Assembly: GCA_002269645.1 (NCBI GenBank)
Contig: NIVC01000286.1
Span: 248,001-312,000 of the forward strand
Source: Macrostomum lignano
Lineage: Eukaryota
Direction of reading: 5' to 3'
Length of the DNA stretch: 64,000 nt
The notes beneath the pieces were generated by a model that saw only the letters and a program-made list of their open reading frames with translations, had not been told where the DNA came from and made no database searches. Position 1 is the stretch's first letter, and every line of letters starts with the position of its first letter. A program made the translations under genes and the position numbers. Below, piece by piece: positions 39,601-50,633 of the stretch.

Positions 39601-41737
39601 TTAAAGGTTTGAGTTTGAGACTCAAAGCTTTGGGATTTGAGACTCAAAGGTTTGGGATTCGGGATGCAAAGGTTTGGAATTCGAGATTCAAAAGTTGGGA
39701 TTTAGGATTCGAAGGGTTGGGATTCAAAGGGTTGGGATTTGGGATTTAAGGTGTGTAATTTTAGACTCATATTTGAGACTCGAAGGTTTCGGATTTGAGA
39801 CTCGAAGGTTTGGGATTTGAGACTCGAAGGTTTCGGATTTGAGACTCGAAGGTTTCGAATTTGAGACTCGAAGGTTTGGGATTTGAGACTCGAAGGGTTG
39901 GGATTTGAGACTCGAAGGTTTCGGATTTGAGACTCGAAGGTTTGGGATTTGAGACTCGAAGGTTTCGAATTTGAGACTCGAAGGTTTGGGATTTGAGACT
40001 CGAAGGTTTCGGATTTGAGACTCGAAGGTTTCGAATTTGAGACTCGAAGGTTTGGGATTTGAGACTCGAAGGTTTGGGATTTGAGACTCGAAGGTTTGGG
40101 ATTTGAGACTCGAAGGTTTGGGATTTGAGACTCGAAGGTTTGGGATTTGAGACTCGAAGGTTTCGGATTTGAGACTCGAAGGTTTCGGATTTGAGACTCG
40201 AAGGTTTCGGATTTGAGACTCGAAGGTTTCGGATTTGAGACTCGAAGGTTTCGGATTTGAGACTCGAAGGTTTCGGATTTGAGACTCGAAGGTTTCGGAT
40301 TTGAGACTCGAAGGTTTCGGATTTGAGACTCGAAGGTTTCGGATTTGAGACTCGAAGGTTTCGGATTTGAGACTCGAAGGTTTCGGATTTGAGACTCGAA
40401 GGTTTGGGATTTGAGACTCGAAGGTTTCGGATTTGAGACTCGAAGGTTTGGGATTTGAGACTCGAAGGTTTCGGATTTGAGACTCGAAGGTTTGGGATTT
40501 GAGACTCGAAGGTTTGGTATTTGGGATTCAAAGTGTTGGGATTTAAGATTTTCAAATATCGGGATCTCGGTTCTATTGCGAAACATTTTCGAATGATTCA
40601 TTAACTAAGTAAGCAACTCGCTTCACCGTCCTCACAACTTTCACAGCGATCGGCCTGTGCTTAATCTTAGTGTGCGTCAGCCTCCTTGTTGCTAGGCAGT
40701 TGGGCAAGCAGCAGCGTCAGCGACAACGGCAGCGTCAGCGACAGCGCCGACAAAATGCGTCGTCGCGACATGAGCAGCGAGGCGATTCTGCCGCAGGCGG
40801 GCAGATAAGCCGGGTGCCGATTTGGTACATCGGCTGTCATCGAGGTGAGCATAAGGCGGAAGTTACTTGCCGCATGTCCTACTGTGGCGCATGCAGGCTT
40901 ACAATTTTAGATCTTAAAAAATAACTTAATCGGGCATTTAGTCATAGGGCTTAAGCCTCTGTGTGCTTATGCCTCTGTGCGCTTATGCCTCTATGTGCTT
41001 ATGCCTCTGTGCGCTTAAGCTTCTGTGTGCTTATGTCTGTATGCTTACATCTCTCTTCGCGCTTATACCTCTGCGCGCTTGCGTCTTTCTTCGCGCTTAT
41101 ACCTCTCTTTGCGCTTATGTCAATCGTTATGCGCACCTGCCTGTTTGTGGAAGCCCACCCCACCTCAAAAAGCTTTAAATATCCAGCTCAGTGTTTTCTA
41201 ACCAATTTCCTTGACTATCCCGCAGACACGGCCACCGCCTATTGCCCGCCAGTGCCGCCCAGCTACTGGGAGTCGGAGACATCTGCTTCAACACCGACCA
41301 CAGCTGGTGCTGCTGCTGCTGGTGCTGGTGTCGCTTCTTCTCCTAAGGTGCCCCAGCAGCGACCGCAACAGCAACGTCAGCTGCCTCTGCCTCCGCCTCC
41401 GCAGCAACCGCAGCATCCGTCAGCTCCACCGTCGTATCAGGAGGCCCTCCGCTGTCTTGAACAGCGGCCTCAGCAGCAGTCGCGCCTTCATCATCACAGT
41501 CAGCGGCCTTCTCGTCAACAAGCAGCCATCTCCGCAGGTCGTCAGTCGTCAGTATTGACGCAGTCCTCCGACCAGATGTCCGTGCTCAAATGGACGGTGC
41601 AGTCGCAGTATCAGCACCAGCTGCATCATCACAGGTTGCAACAGCAGCAGCAACAGCCCAACAGCAGCTATCGAAACTATCAGAGCCAGAACTCAATGGA
41701 GTCTTCATCATTTATAGGCGAGCCGATTTTGGTGTGA
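36605..41737 (+). CDS. Uncharacterised two-pass membrane protein with Pro/Gln-rich tail and two PPSY motifs; exons 36605-36766, 36844-37039, 40647-40844, 41226-41737 (~355 aa)
   Basis: GT..AG introns with matching phases: TCG|GTATAT..ATCAG (phase 0), T|GTAAGT..CACAG (phase 1), G|GTGAGC..CGCAG (phase 1). The joined 1068 nt are divisible by 3. TM1 is LGLFAAFVLILLGVIVTSTYAI. TM2 LLYAGLGLCSIGLCLILVCVSLLV spans the splice and is followed by basic RQLGKQQRQR. Exon 1 and intron 1 are the least certain part. Confidence 0.7.
38020..38585. repeat. Intronic 20-bp minisatellite
   Basis: CCCCTCCTAGCACCCCCTGT, ~27 copies. Confidence 0.97.
39740..40520. repeat. Intronic 22-bp minisatellite, degenerate from ~39520
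   Basis: GAGACTCGAAGGTTT(C/G)GGATTT. Confidence 0.97.
40955..41120. repeat. Degenerate ~14-bp intronic repeat
   Basis: GCTTATGCCTCTGT-like units. Confidence 0.75.
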
Positions 41738-42851
41738 GTTGTGAGAGACAATTGAAAAATTAACTGCATTATCAGCTATAAGCCACTGACTGCCGCCTTT
41801 GTTTTGCTCAATTTATTATGCTTTGATTGCAACCACAGATACCAGAATAACTAGATTGGCCACTCAGCACATTTGCGTGTAAGCTACTTTCAGTTCAGTA
41901 GTAAGGTAAACAAAAGCATTTTAATGTATTTTTAAAGCCAAGGCTCATTTATTGGCTCTTACCCCCAGCTTAAAGCATCTAACCGCGCCTTTCCACACTA
42001 CTCCCCTCCGCCCCGCCCCAATTTTATTGCCTTTATCGGATTCCAGCCTAAAGCTGCCATGTACATTTCAGGGGACTGACTAATGTACATTACTGCTGAA
42101 CCAATTAGCAAGTTGTTTACGCCTGCAAGCTTTGGGCTTCTAAACTAGCTTAGATAATCTAAAATAGCTTATGTATTCTTCCTTGCTACTGAACTGAAAG
42201 TAGAATGCCTGAGTGGCCCATCTAGTTATTTTAGTATATGTGATATCAGCTGGATACTTATCGTTGATTCTCGGAACAATGTTTAAAGGTATACACTAAA
42301 CTCAACTGACTCCGGTAATGCGATTTATACATCTTTGCACAAACTCAAGCCTTTTAAAGTTTTGGTTTCTTAGAAAACCAAGTTTTCCTATCTGTTTTCT
42401 ATGTCAGTGTACAAACTGTGTACATAGGAATTTGTATATATAATCAACGACAATAATTTTGTTTAACACGTTTTCGGGGTGTTCTTTTTAAGCTTCACTG
42501 CTACTTAGTAAGTAATGCATAAAAATATACAACATAAATTTGTTTTTGATTCTAAAAGGTGCTTAATACGTTTCTACACTTACGTCAGTTTGTAATTTTA
42601 TAAGCAACAGCTGATTTCTTTTTAATTATAATAAATACTATCGTGTACAAATGCCAGCAACATTAGGTAATTCTTTTGTTGCATAATTTAATAAATAGGC
42701 GATATAATAAAAATGTTTTTTATTGAAACGGACACAAACCCGTGGATTAAAAATCTGCTGAAATCCAATCCCCGGAACTATTTTGCATGCACTCATTCCT
42801 GGCACAAAAATGCAGCCCTCTTGTCCCAATTGCAGCTTTTTAACTAGTGGT

Positions 42852-43656
42852 CAGGGGCGTCGCCACCGGGGGGAACAAGGGGGGGGCATGTCCTCCTAGT
42901 AAAGGCTATGGGGGGGACATGCCAATGCTTCCCACCCCCCCCACCCAATCTTGTGACCTGTTATGGAAAACAATAATTTTGCCTCAGGGCGACAAATAGT
43001 GCGGCGCTAAAATGATTGCCTGCGGCGCTAAAATGAGTGGCTGCGGCGCTAAAATGATTGCCTGCGGCGCTAAAATGAGTGGCTGCGGCGCTAAAATGAT
43101 TGCCTGCGGCGCTAAAATGAGTGCCTGCGGCGCTAAAATGAGTGCCTGTGGTGCTAAAATGAGTGCCTGCGGCGCTAAAATGAGTGCCTGCGGCGCTAAA
43201 ATGATTGCCTGCGGCGCTAAAATGAGTGCCTGCGGCGCTAAAATGATTGCCTGTGGTGCTAAAATGAGTGCCTGCGGCGCTAAAATGAGTGCCTGTGGTG
43301 CTAAAATGAGTGCCTGCGGCGCTAAAATGATTGCCTGTGGTGCTAAAATGAGTGCCTGCGGCGCTAAAATGAGTGCCTGTGGTGCTAAAATGAGTGCCTG
43401 CGGCGCTAAAATGATTGCCTGCGGCGCTACAATGAGTGCCTGCGGCGCTAAAATGAGTGCCTGTGGTGCTAAAATGAGTGCCTGTGGTGCTAAAATGAGT
43501 GCCTGTGGCGCTAAAATGAGTGCCTGTGGTGCTAAAATGAGTGCCTGTGGCGCTAAAATGAGCGCTGACAACACCAGGTTTGAAAAGAATGCATGCATGT
43601 ATTTGTAGAATTCTTGTTGGCTTCCCCCTCACTATAAAATCCATGGCAACGCCCTG
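42852..43656. mobile_element. Non-autonomous hAT-type DNA transposon (MITE) carrying an internal minisatellite
   Basis: Imperfect TIRs CAGGGGCGTCGCCA (42852) and TGGCAACGCCCTG (ending 43656). Flanking 8-bp direct repeat CTAGTGGT (42844-42851) / CTAGTGGC (43657-43664). 8-bp TSDs and CAGGG ends are hAT hallmarks. Confidence 0.8.
43002..43565. repeat. 21-bp minisatellite inside the MITE
   Basis: TGCCTGCGGCGCTAAAATGAG and variants, ~27 copies. Confidence 0.97.
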
Positions 43657-44031
43657 CTAGTGGCCACAGATAGAAATATTTGAGGCAAAGCATTGATCTC
43701 TTTGGTTGGGATGCCGCATGGAATGCAGACAGGCAACGTCTATCTAAAGCATGCGTTGGAAAACTCTGGCCTGGCCTCGAGCTGCCTCTGCCTCTCTCTT
43801 GGCCATCTCTATGCATTCTCTCTCTCCCTCTCTCTTGTATTTTCTGTTTTCTCTTCTCTACGCTCTCCCTTCTTCTCTCCTCTCTTAACTTCTCTCTCTC
43901 TCTCAATTTCATTTTTCATTTCCTCTTTTCTCTCTTCTCTTTCCTCTTTAATCTGGCCCACAGCCATGAGCTGGATTCAATTTCTTGATGCTTTTAATTT
44001 AAACTTAAAGCGTTGATTTCCATTGCGTCAA

Positions 44032-44126
44032 GGGGTCGTAGCCTAGTGGTCAGAGCGTCGGACTCACGACTTGAAGGTCGGGGGTTCGATTCCCGATCCC
44101 ACTGGAACAATTTGTTTCCTTGAGCA
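44032..44126 (+). mobile_element. tRNA-derived SINE head (truncated) or tRNA pseudogene
   Basis: A box TAGCCTAGTGG and B box GGTTCGATTCC. The anticodon-like loop CTCACGA sits on a poorly paired stem. Followed by TGTTTCCTTGAGCA, resembling the TGTCCTTG(G/A)GCA core downstream of many SINE tRNA heads. Confidence 0.7.
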
Positions 44127-47100
44127 GTTGTAGATGTGTGGCTAAATAAGCCAGTACGGGCTCGTATTATTAATTGCCGTCTTGATCCTGCATGAGTCTT
44201 GCCTCTTTCTTATCCACTGCTAATCTGTTCAACTGTAAAGTTTAGGCCTTATGCAGATTGCAGGACAACGGTTCGAATTTCTCACTAAACTGCCATAGCT
44301 ATCCGTAGAGAAGGCATTGAATAAAAGTAATTACAAAACACTACTATACATTGCTATAATGTACACTGCTATACATACATGTACACTCGTACAGAGTTAA
44401 GACTTGGCACTTTTGAAGCAGTTTGTTTGTTGCACGCACATTTAAGTAAGAAGCCATGAATTATAGCTCGTAAGGAAAGTTCAAGGTAGCATAAAATTTG
44501 CTGTCATTTGATTGAGCAGTTGGGAGTCTATATATAGCGCGCGGTTAAATTTGTACAAACAGAGACACAGAATATTAATTTTTATAGGTATAGATAGATG
44601 TAGATTCGCTGGAAAATGAGGACAAAAAAGCGACAGCAGGTAAATGCAAACACTAGATATTTACAGTGTATTAAGCCACGAACAAGAATAAATGACTAAC
44701 CAACGTGAAATGCTCAATGACAATTCTAGGAAATAAAAATAAGCGCAACTCCTACTGCAAGTAGTAGCATGCAACTAAAGCACCGATATCTGATAAATGG
44801 GTAAAGTACAGTTCAGTAAAACAAAAGATTTTAAACGGCATTTGACCGGGACGTGCATGGTAAAGCATAAATAAAAAACAAAACCGAGTTTTGAGCACGC
44901 GAGACGACACAGCTTTGAATGGATTTACTAGTATGTTATTTCTATATACATTTGCACACAAATATACAACCCACTTATTAATTAGACAGACCCACCGCAT
45001 TGCTTTGTCTGAGGCTTGTCGGTTGAACACATTAATATTACCTTTGATAAGGACGCACTTTTTTTCCAAATCTCACGCTCGCACATGGGTTCCAAACTTG
45101 TTAGCCTACTGACAGCAGGCTTTGGGCATTTTTCTTCTTTTCTGTAATTTTCCTAGAATTTACAATAGTTGTTGGATTTTGTAGTCTATGATTTTGCCAT
45201 ACTTGTAGTCATTATAGCATAGGGGTGGTTTTAGCTAATTTTGGGGTCATAAATCATAGCCCCAAGCGTATCTGACAGCCACCTGCGCCTCACCCAGTGT
45301 TGAAGCTGGCGCCAGATGGTCTGAGAGGATGTGGGCGGTTGGCTTTTTTTCTCATCATTTTTGACAGGCAATCAGATTTACATGTATGAGAGGTCAGGGC
45401 ATATTGCTCTTGTTCTTTCAAGCGTTTGACAGCTTTGACAGCTATGCGTTTTACCCCTAAAGTACTTTGGGATTACCGATTATCGATTTCTCTTCACCAT
45501 CTTCACTTTCTACTTAATGAGACCTTTCTAGTGCATATTTGTTATTGATTTTTGTAATACCTACGCGAAAAGCCATAGATCATACTGTAGCGATTTTGAG
45601 TGATTTATGGTGACACCTGGCGCAATTTTATGACCCCGAGGGAACTGATAGGATCTCTTGGTCGTGAGTTTGGGTAGCAAAAAGCTCAGCCAATTAGAAA
45701 ATTCGACGTCAGTTATAACAAATCGGCTCAGCCAATCAGCGTCGAGCTGTTTCATTATAACAAACTGCGGTCCAGTTGGCGACTACAAGCGCGTATTTAA
45801 GCCGATGTTTTTTCCCGCTCCGAAGTGACCTTCCTCTACTTCTTACCTGTTGGAAGGCTCCCTCGGAGCTCGACTTTGATCCTCTCCTCTTTTGCGACCG
45901 TTTTGCGACATCTCCCCTCATCATCAAGGACGTCTTCCCCGGTCGACTGTGGCACTGCTTACGCTAAAACGGCCCTTGTCGGGCCCACCTCAACTGACAA
46001 TGTCACAACGGCATCAATCATCGAGACCGAGTCCATCACCTGCTAGCAATCAGCAAAGACTGTGACATCATCATCACGGGCCTACAGCTGCGTAGCACTA
46101 AGCCGATTCGGTCACTGTGGATTACCATGGTCTCCGGTTGTTAAGTTTCTGATTGGTTGAGTGAGAGGCTACCTAGACTTGCTTGATTGGGTGATTCCTT
46201 ATCTGTCCCCTGTCTGAGTAGCTGGATTAGGTGTACACTTTTGCTCATTTTGTTCAATAGTGCTGTTACTGAGGCAGAAATCATTCAATAATACTGTTAG
46301 TAGTCTAATTACCCCAATTCAATCTGAAGTGTGAATTGAAGTGATTCAGCGAGAAGGTTAAATTTGACAGTTATTTTTATCGGTTTCACTTCTTTTTCGC
46401 TGATGGCTCAGATGACGAGCTAAGCTAGTAGGCGCCGGTTACAGTGGAACAATGGCAAGGCAGTTCTCAGTCGATCAAACCATCAAATCAGTTAGCGAAA
46501 TTGCCAATAGTGAAAAAATGGCACTAGAGATGTACTTCTGTACACTCTAGATTTGCCGAGCGGCTCGGGTAGTGACTCATGGTCATGTGATCTCTAAAGT
46601 TCGAGTTAGTCTATCATCAGCGCTACGAAAGGCTGGTTAGCAGGTGAAGGCCAAAAGTTCAATATTTCTTATTTAGCAATGTAATAGTACATGTAGCTAC
46701 CATAGTCTCGCCATCGCAAGAATCCCCTGCACAAGTCCCCTCTGTACCTGCATGGCCAACGCGATCTAGTCCCAGCAGTGTCCCTTATCATCGGCGATGA
46801 CTTCGAGAATAACAGCAAAAAGACACTAGTTGCCAGGTAAGTGCTAAGCCCCTTCTAGTCGGAAGCCCGATTTCGAAAGTTCCGGTTTGGTGAGCCGGTG
46901 CGCACGGGCTGGGGCTGGATTAGCTGATCTCTACCTTCAAAATTCTTCTCCTTGCTTGTCTCTCGCTGTCCCCCTCTTAGCTATAGGACCTAGACTGCTC
47001 GCCACATATTAAGCTACCTTGGGGTTGACCATCTGACAGGAGTGGGGGGCCAGGACTCTAATTGATTCATTTCTGAGGCCCGAGGCCCTGAGGCTTTTAA

Positions 47101-47199
47101 CGAAGTCCGAAACCCATCACCTTAAAGGTCCATCCTCCCCTGTCTAAGAGTCTTATCATACGAACACGTAACCTTAGGGAGAGGGGGACCCCATCAGGT

Positions 47200-48920
47200 C
47201 CTCAATCGTCGTGATGCCGTTGATGACGCAAAAGCGGTCTACGTGCGGACATTCGAGCAGGAACTCGGTGGGCCGTGGTCTCGACGGTCCCCAGTCTGGT
47301 GTCGGGTGATGCCGAACACTTGTCGACTGATAGCTCCGTGTTCCAGGCGTCGCACCATTCGCTAAGGGCGTTGATGGCAGGCGGGAGTGAACAAGCGCAA
47401 TCGTTCAGCTTGGCCTCGGTGGTGAGTGTCGCGCTGTCGTCGGTGTATATGGTCGTCTGGGCGTTCGGGGCGGCCAAAATTTTTCGGCGGACAAAGCGCG
47501 CATCAGAGTATTCAAGTGGGTTGCGTGAATTGTTTATTCAATAGATTGGCCGCCTGCGTGTTGGACTTTGCTATTTTGCCAGCGAAGCAGAGCAGAGCGT
47601 TTGGGGCGGCGGTAGGAGCGCGGCCTGAGAGTCGTTTCGGGTTAGGTTGCTGGCGTTTGAACCTGGCCTCAGGGATGACTGTTTTCATAACTTTGAGGAG
47701 GAGCTGACACCATGAACGCATTGGTCAGTGGAGAAATTGTCCAGGGAGTCTTTTAGGGCCGAACTGAAGAGTTCTCAGTCAGCGCGATGGAAATTGATGA
47801 AGTACCCGCGGGCCGCGACCAGTTCTGGCTTCCCGGCGCTGAAGGTAGACTGAATTAGGAGATGGTCACAGGAAAGCGTCTGCAAGATGCAGTAGTCTGC
47901 GCTGAGCAAAAGAGATTGGTGGATTGCTGTCACATCCGGTGTTGATGGTGCGCCGGAGGAGGGATCCGGGACTGCGCAGGGACGGAGAGGAAATCATAAG
48001 GAGCCGCTCCAATATTACTGGCCAGCAAGTCGCCTCGGTTGGTCGGTTCTATCTCGGACTCCCAGGCTGCGTGATGAGCTTCCAATCACTGCAGATGATG
48101 ATGTTGGCGTGTCGGCAGTGAGTTTGGTGATGTCCGGCAGATAACCGGCGCTACAGCTGCTGACCGGAAGGATGTAACTGTTGTAGACTATGATCTTGCT
48201 GCCTTCAGACCAGCGGATTTCAGTTCAGAAGTTCGAGCGGATCTTCTGCAAGGTTAGATTGTGTCAATTAGAACACAACATGCAGTCAAGAGAAATTAAG
48301 CGAACGGACTCGTGAATGAAGGCGAGAAGGCCGCCGCCTTTAAACCGGGTACGGTCGGTGCCGATACAAGCGAATTTGTTGATTTGGCAGTGAGTTTAGA
48401 TTCCTGAATTGCGATGACGCCAGGGTGTGAAATATTTTTAATTTGTTGGTGTTCTATCTTGGGTGTTTTTGGTCGCAGACGGGCCGCCGGACGCCGGACG
48501 GAGACGGGCCGCCGAGAAGACTGACGAGAACTGATGACGCACGAGAAATGAGGTCCATTTGCACCCGTTGATTGTGGGTGTCGCCTCCACTTGCCTGGTG
48601 TCCAGGGCCAAAGCGAACCCCGTTGGAGGTTCCATAGTGCGCTCGGAAGCAGACTTTGGAGTCGGATTGTGTGTCGTTGCCGCGGCTTGGCAGCATCCAC
48701 CGTTGAACGGGGGCGATATTTTTTGGTACTGTTGAGTCCAGAGCAGTTGAGGTGAGTCCTTTCGGTTACTGTGCACTGGACATTGTAGCCGCCTTGTTTG
48801 AGGATCTTGTTGCAGGCGGAGCAGTGCCAGCGTCCGCCTTTTTGCTTGGCTCGTTGTTGTTGTCGCGGTTGGTCGCGGGTGTCGTTGCGGCTGTTTGATA
48901 TCGTCCATTTGGAAGTCACG
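47200..48920 (-). mobile_element. Decayed non-LTR retrotransposon: PHD-like finger, APE endonuclease, linker and RT C-terminal remnant
   Basis: WHCSACNKILKQGGYNVQC..THLNCSGL (PHD-like), VIAIQESKL (APE QE motif), IIVYNSYILP, linker CFAGKIAKSNTQAANLLNKQF and RT remnant IYTDDS..LSEWCDAWNTELSVDKC; many frameshifts. Confidence 0.75.
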
Positions 48921-49089
48921 ATTACATGTGGTGTGCCCGCTGCGGTAACCGGGGCCCCAGCGTTGGCAGTCCTCTGGCCAGCGAAGGCGGAATCGGGGTT
49001 TTTTGGTGCGTGGCGCTCTGTCGCTGCCGGGATCCGGAGGTGTGGTTAGGGGGGCCTCGGCCTTGTTCCACAGCGGCAACTCGGATGGT

Positions 49090-49699
49090 CTGGATTCTGC
49101 TGTTATTTTCTGCAAAGGCGCTGACGGGCAGGTGAGGAAGCCTCTCCACTGGCAGCAGTTCGTCTACCTCGGCGGTCTGGTGCCTGACGTTCGCAAGGAC
49201 CTGCGACGTCGCCGCGGACTTGCCTGGGCTGCCTTACGTTCCATCAGGGCTGTCCTGCAGTCCGAGGCCCTGTCTGAGCACCAGAGGACGGCGCTGTTCT
49301 AAGCGGTGATTGAGACCGTCCTGTTGTACAACGCGGAGACCTGGACGCGACGGAATCGCTCGAACAGCAGGTCGATGCGGCGCACGCTGCCTGCTGCGTG
49401 CCGCCTTTAAAATCGGCTTCGAGCGAGTCACCAATGCGGCACTCTATCGGCCTGTCCCGTCCCAGCGAACTGTTGCGCCGTCGGCGACTCCACCTGGCAG
49501 GCCATATCATCCAAGCTGACTCGTACTGTCCGCAACCGGTGCAGGTGTTGCTGCTGACGCTGCAAGCACCCTACCAGCGAGGACAGGCACGCACTCGGCG
49601 TTTCGTTGACTGCCTGCTGGCTGACACTGCCAGCGGTGCGACCTACGTTCGCACCCAGGCCCTGAAACGCGCCCAGTGACGTTTTGCCTATTATTACTC
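49090..49699 (+). mobile_element. 3' fragment (5'-truncated) of an RTE/L2-like LINE
   Basis: FVYLGG..DLRRRRGLAWAAL..VIETVLLYNAETWT..VTNAALY..RRRRLHLAGHI; stop at 49679 and a short TATTATTA tail. Confidence 0.8.
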
Positions 49700-49739
49700 A
49701 CTTGACTGGCTGACAACGTATTTTTTGGTTTTCTGTGGT

Positions 49740-50240
49740 GCGCTGTCATCGGGCAGTGGTACCTTGCTAATTCCATCTTTACGGGCTGCGACACAGTAGC
49801 CAGCTGGTGGAATTAAATTGGACTCCTGGAGTAGCTTTGTCTCTTGATGGACCGCGCAGGGGCGCAGTTGGTAAAGGCGTTTGGCCAGTTCCCTGCAGCG
49901 TAGTTGTAAACCATTACGAGTACAGTTTAGCTGGAAGACGTGGAACTCTCTGGCTTGTGGCCCGCTGTGTCTCCGCTGTTTGCGTCTGCGTGGTCGCTGG
50001 CTGTTCTCATCAGGTGGGGGATCAGCGTACTCCCCTCCCAACTCACAAGGTGGCGGATGGTGTAGAGTTCTGATTCCGGTTGGACATGTGATGGATTTTG
50101 GGCGTTGGTTACGTACGATCGAATGGTGATTCTTAGGGACGCGGCCGCGATTACGCCAGCATGGTGGCGGAGGCCAACGCTCGCTTTGCAGGCCAACCCC
50201 GGGTCCTGCACAAAATGGCGTGGTGAACTATCTGTGCAGT
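49740..50240 (-). mobile_element. Second decayed LINE fragment (APE endonuclease N-terminus)
   Basis: FQLNCTRNGLQ..CAVHQETKL..PAGYCVAARKD matches the QLNCNGL..QETKL start of APE domains; upstream decayed Cys-containing segment. Confidence 0.6.
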
Positions 50241-50633
50241 ATGAGTCTGGTATGGCCTCTATCCCAGCCAGCGATGCTCTCACCTGCCTCCTCTGGCGGG
50301 CTGATAGCTCAAGAGACTCTGTCTCCTGATTTTCACCTGGCAAGTCTCGTCCCGTGGGTGTTAAGGCAGGCCTTGGGCCTTGCCGAGGTGATTCGTTGGC
50401 GCCGGGTCCTGGTGTGACCATATAAACGCACCCTCTAATGTTCCAGTGTAACTCCGTGCTGATGGACGCTTGGCCAGGGAGTAGTCTGGTCGCTAACGGT
50501 TCCCCTTGCGTTTCTGGGTCCCCCCGCAGGGTGGTATTTTGCTTCTTGGGAGCCTGCCGCTTGGTTTGGGGTTGCGGCCTTGTGGCTCTTTGCGTGTGTT
50601 CTGCAGGAAGTCCCACCTTTTTACTTCCAGCCA

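Noticed and set aside
39520-40520. GGTTTGGGATTT units resembling telomeric repeats
   Set aside because: No TTAGGG or TTTAGGG runs; an ordinary 22-bp minisatellite.
44032-44104. Functional tRNA-Val(CAC)
   Set aside because: The anticodon stem has two G-T pairs and one mismatch, and the acceptor stem pairs poorly; a SINE-like continuation follows.
45680-46195. Cluster of CCAAT boxes in both orientations and a minus-strand CAG|GTAAGA donor at ~45847
   Set aside because: The candidate exon contains an in-frame stop and no linked gene was identified; CCAAT pentamers alone are weak evidence.
48530-48552. CTGATGA...GAAA resembling a hammerhead core
   Set aside because: No stem II can form between the two motifs, and the site lies inside LINE coding remnants.
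50333-50391. Strong hairpin (TCACCTGGCAAG..CTTGCCGAGGTGA) upstream of LINE ORF1 as an HDV-like ribozyme
   Set aside because: I could not fit the P1/P1.1/P2/P3 double pseudoknot or the J4/2 catalytic motif by hand; an RNArobo/Infernal search would be needed.
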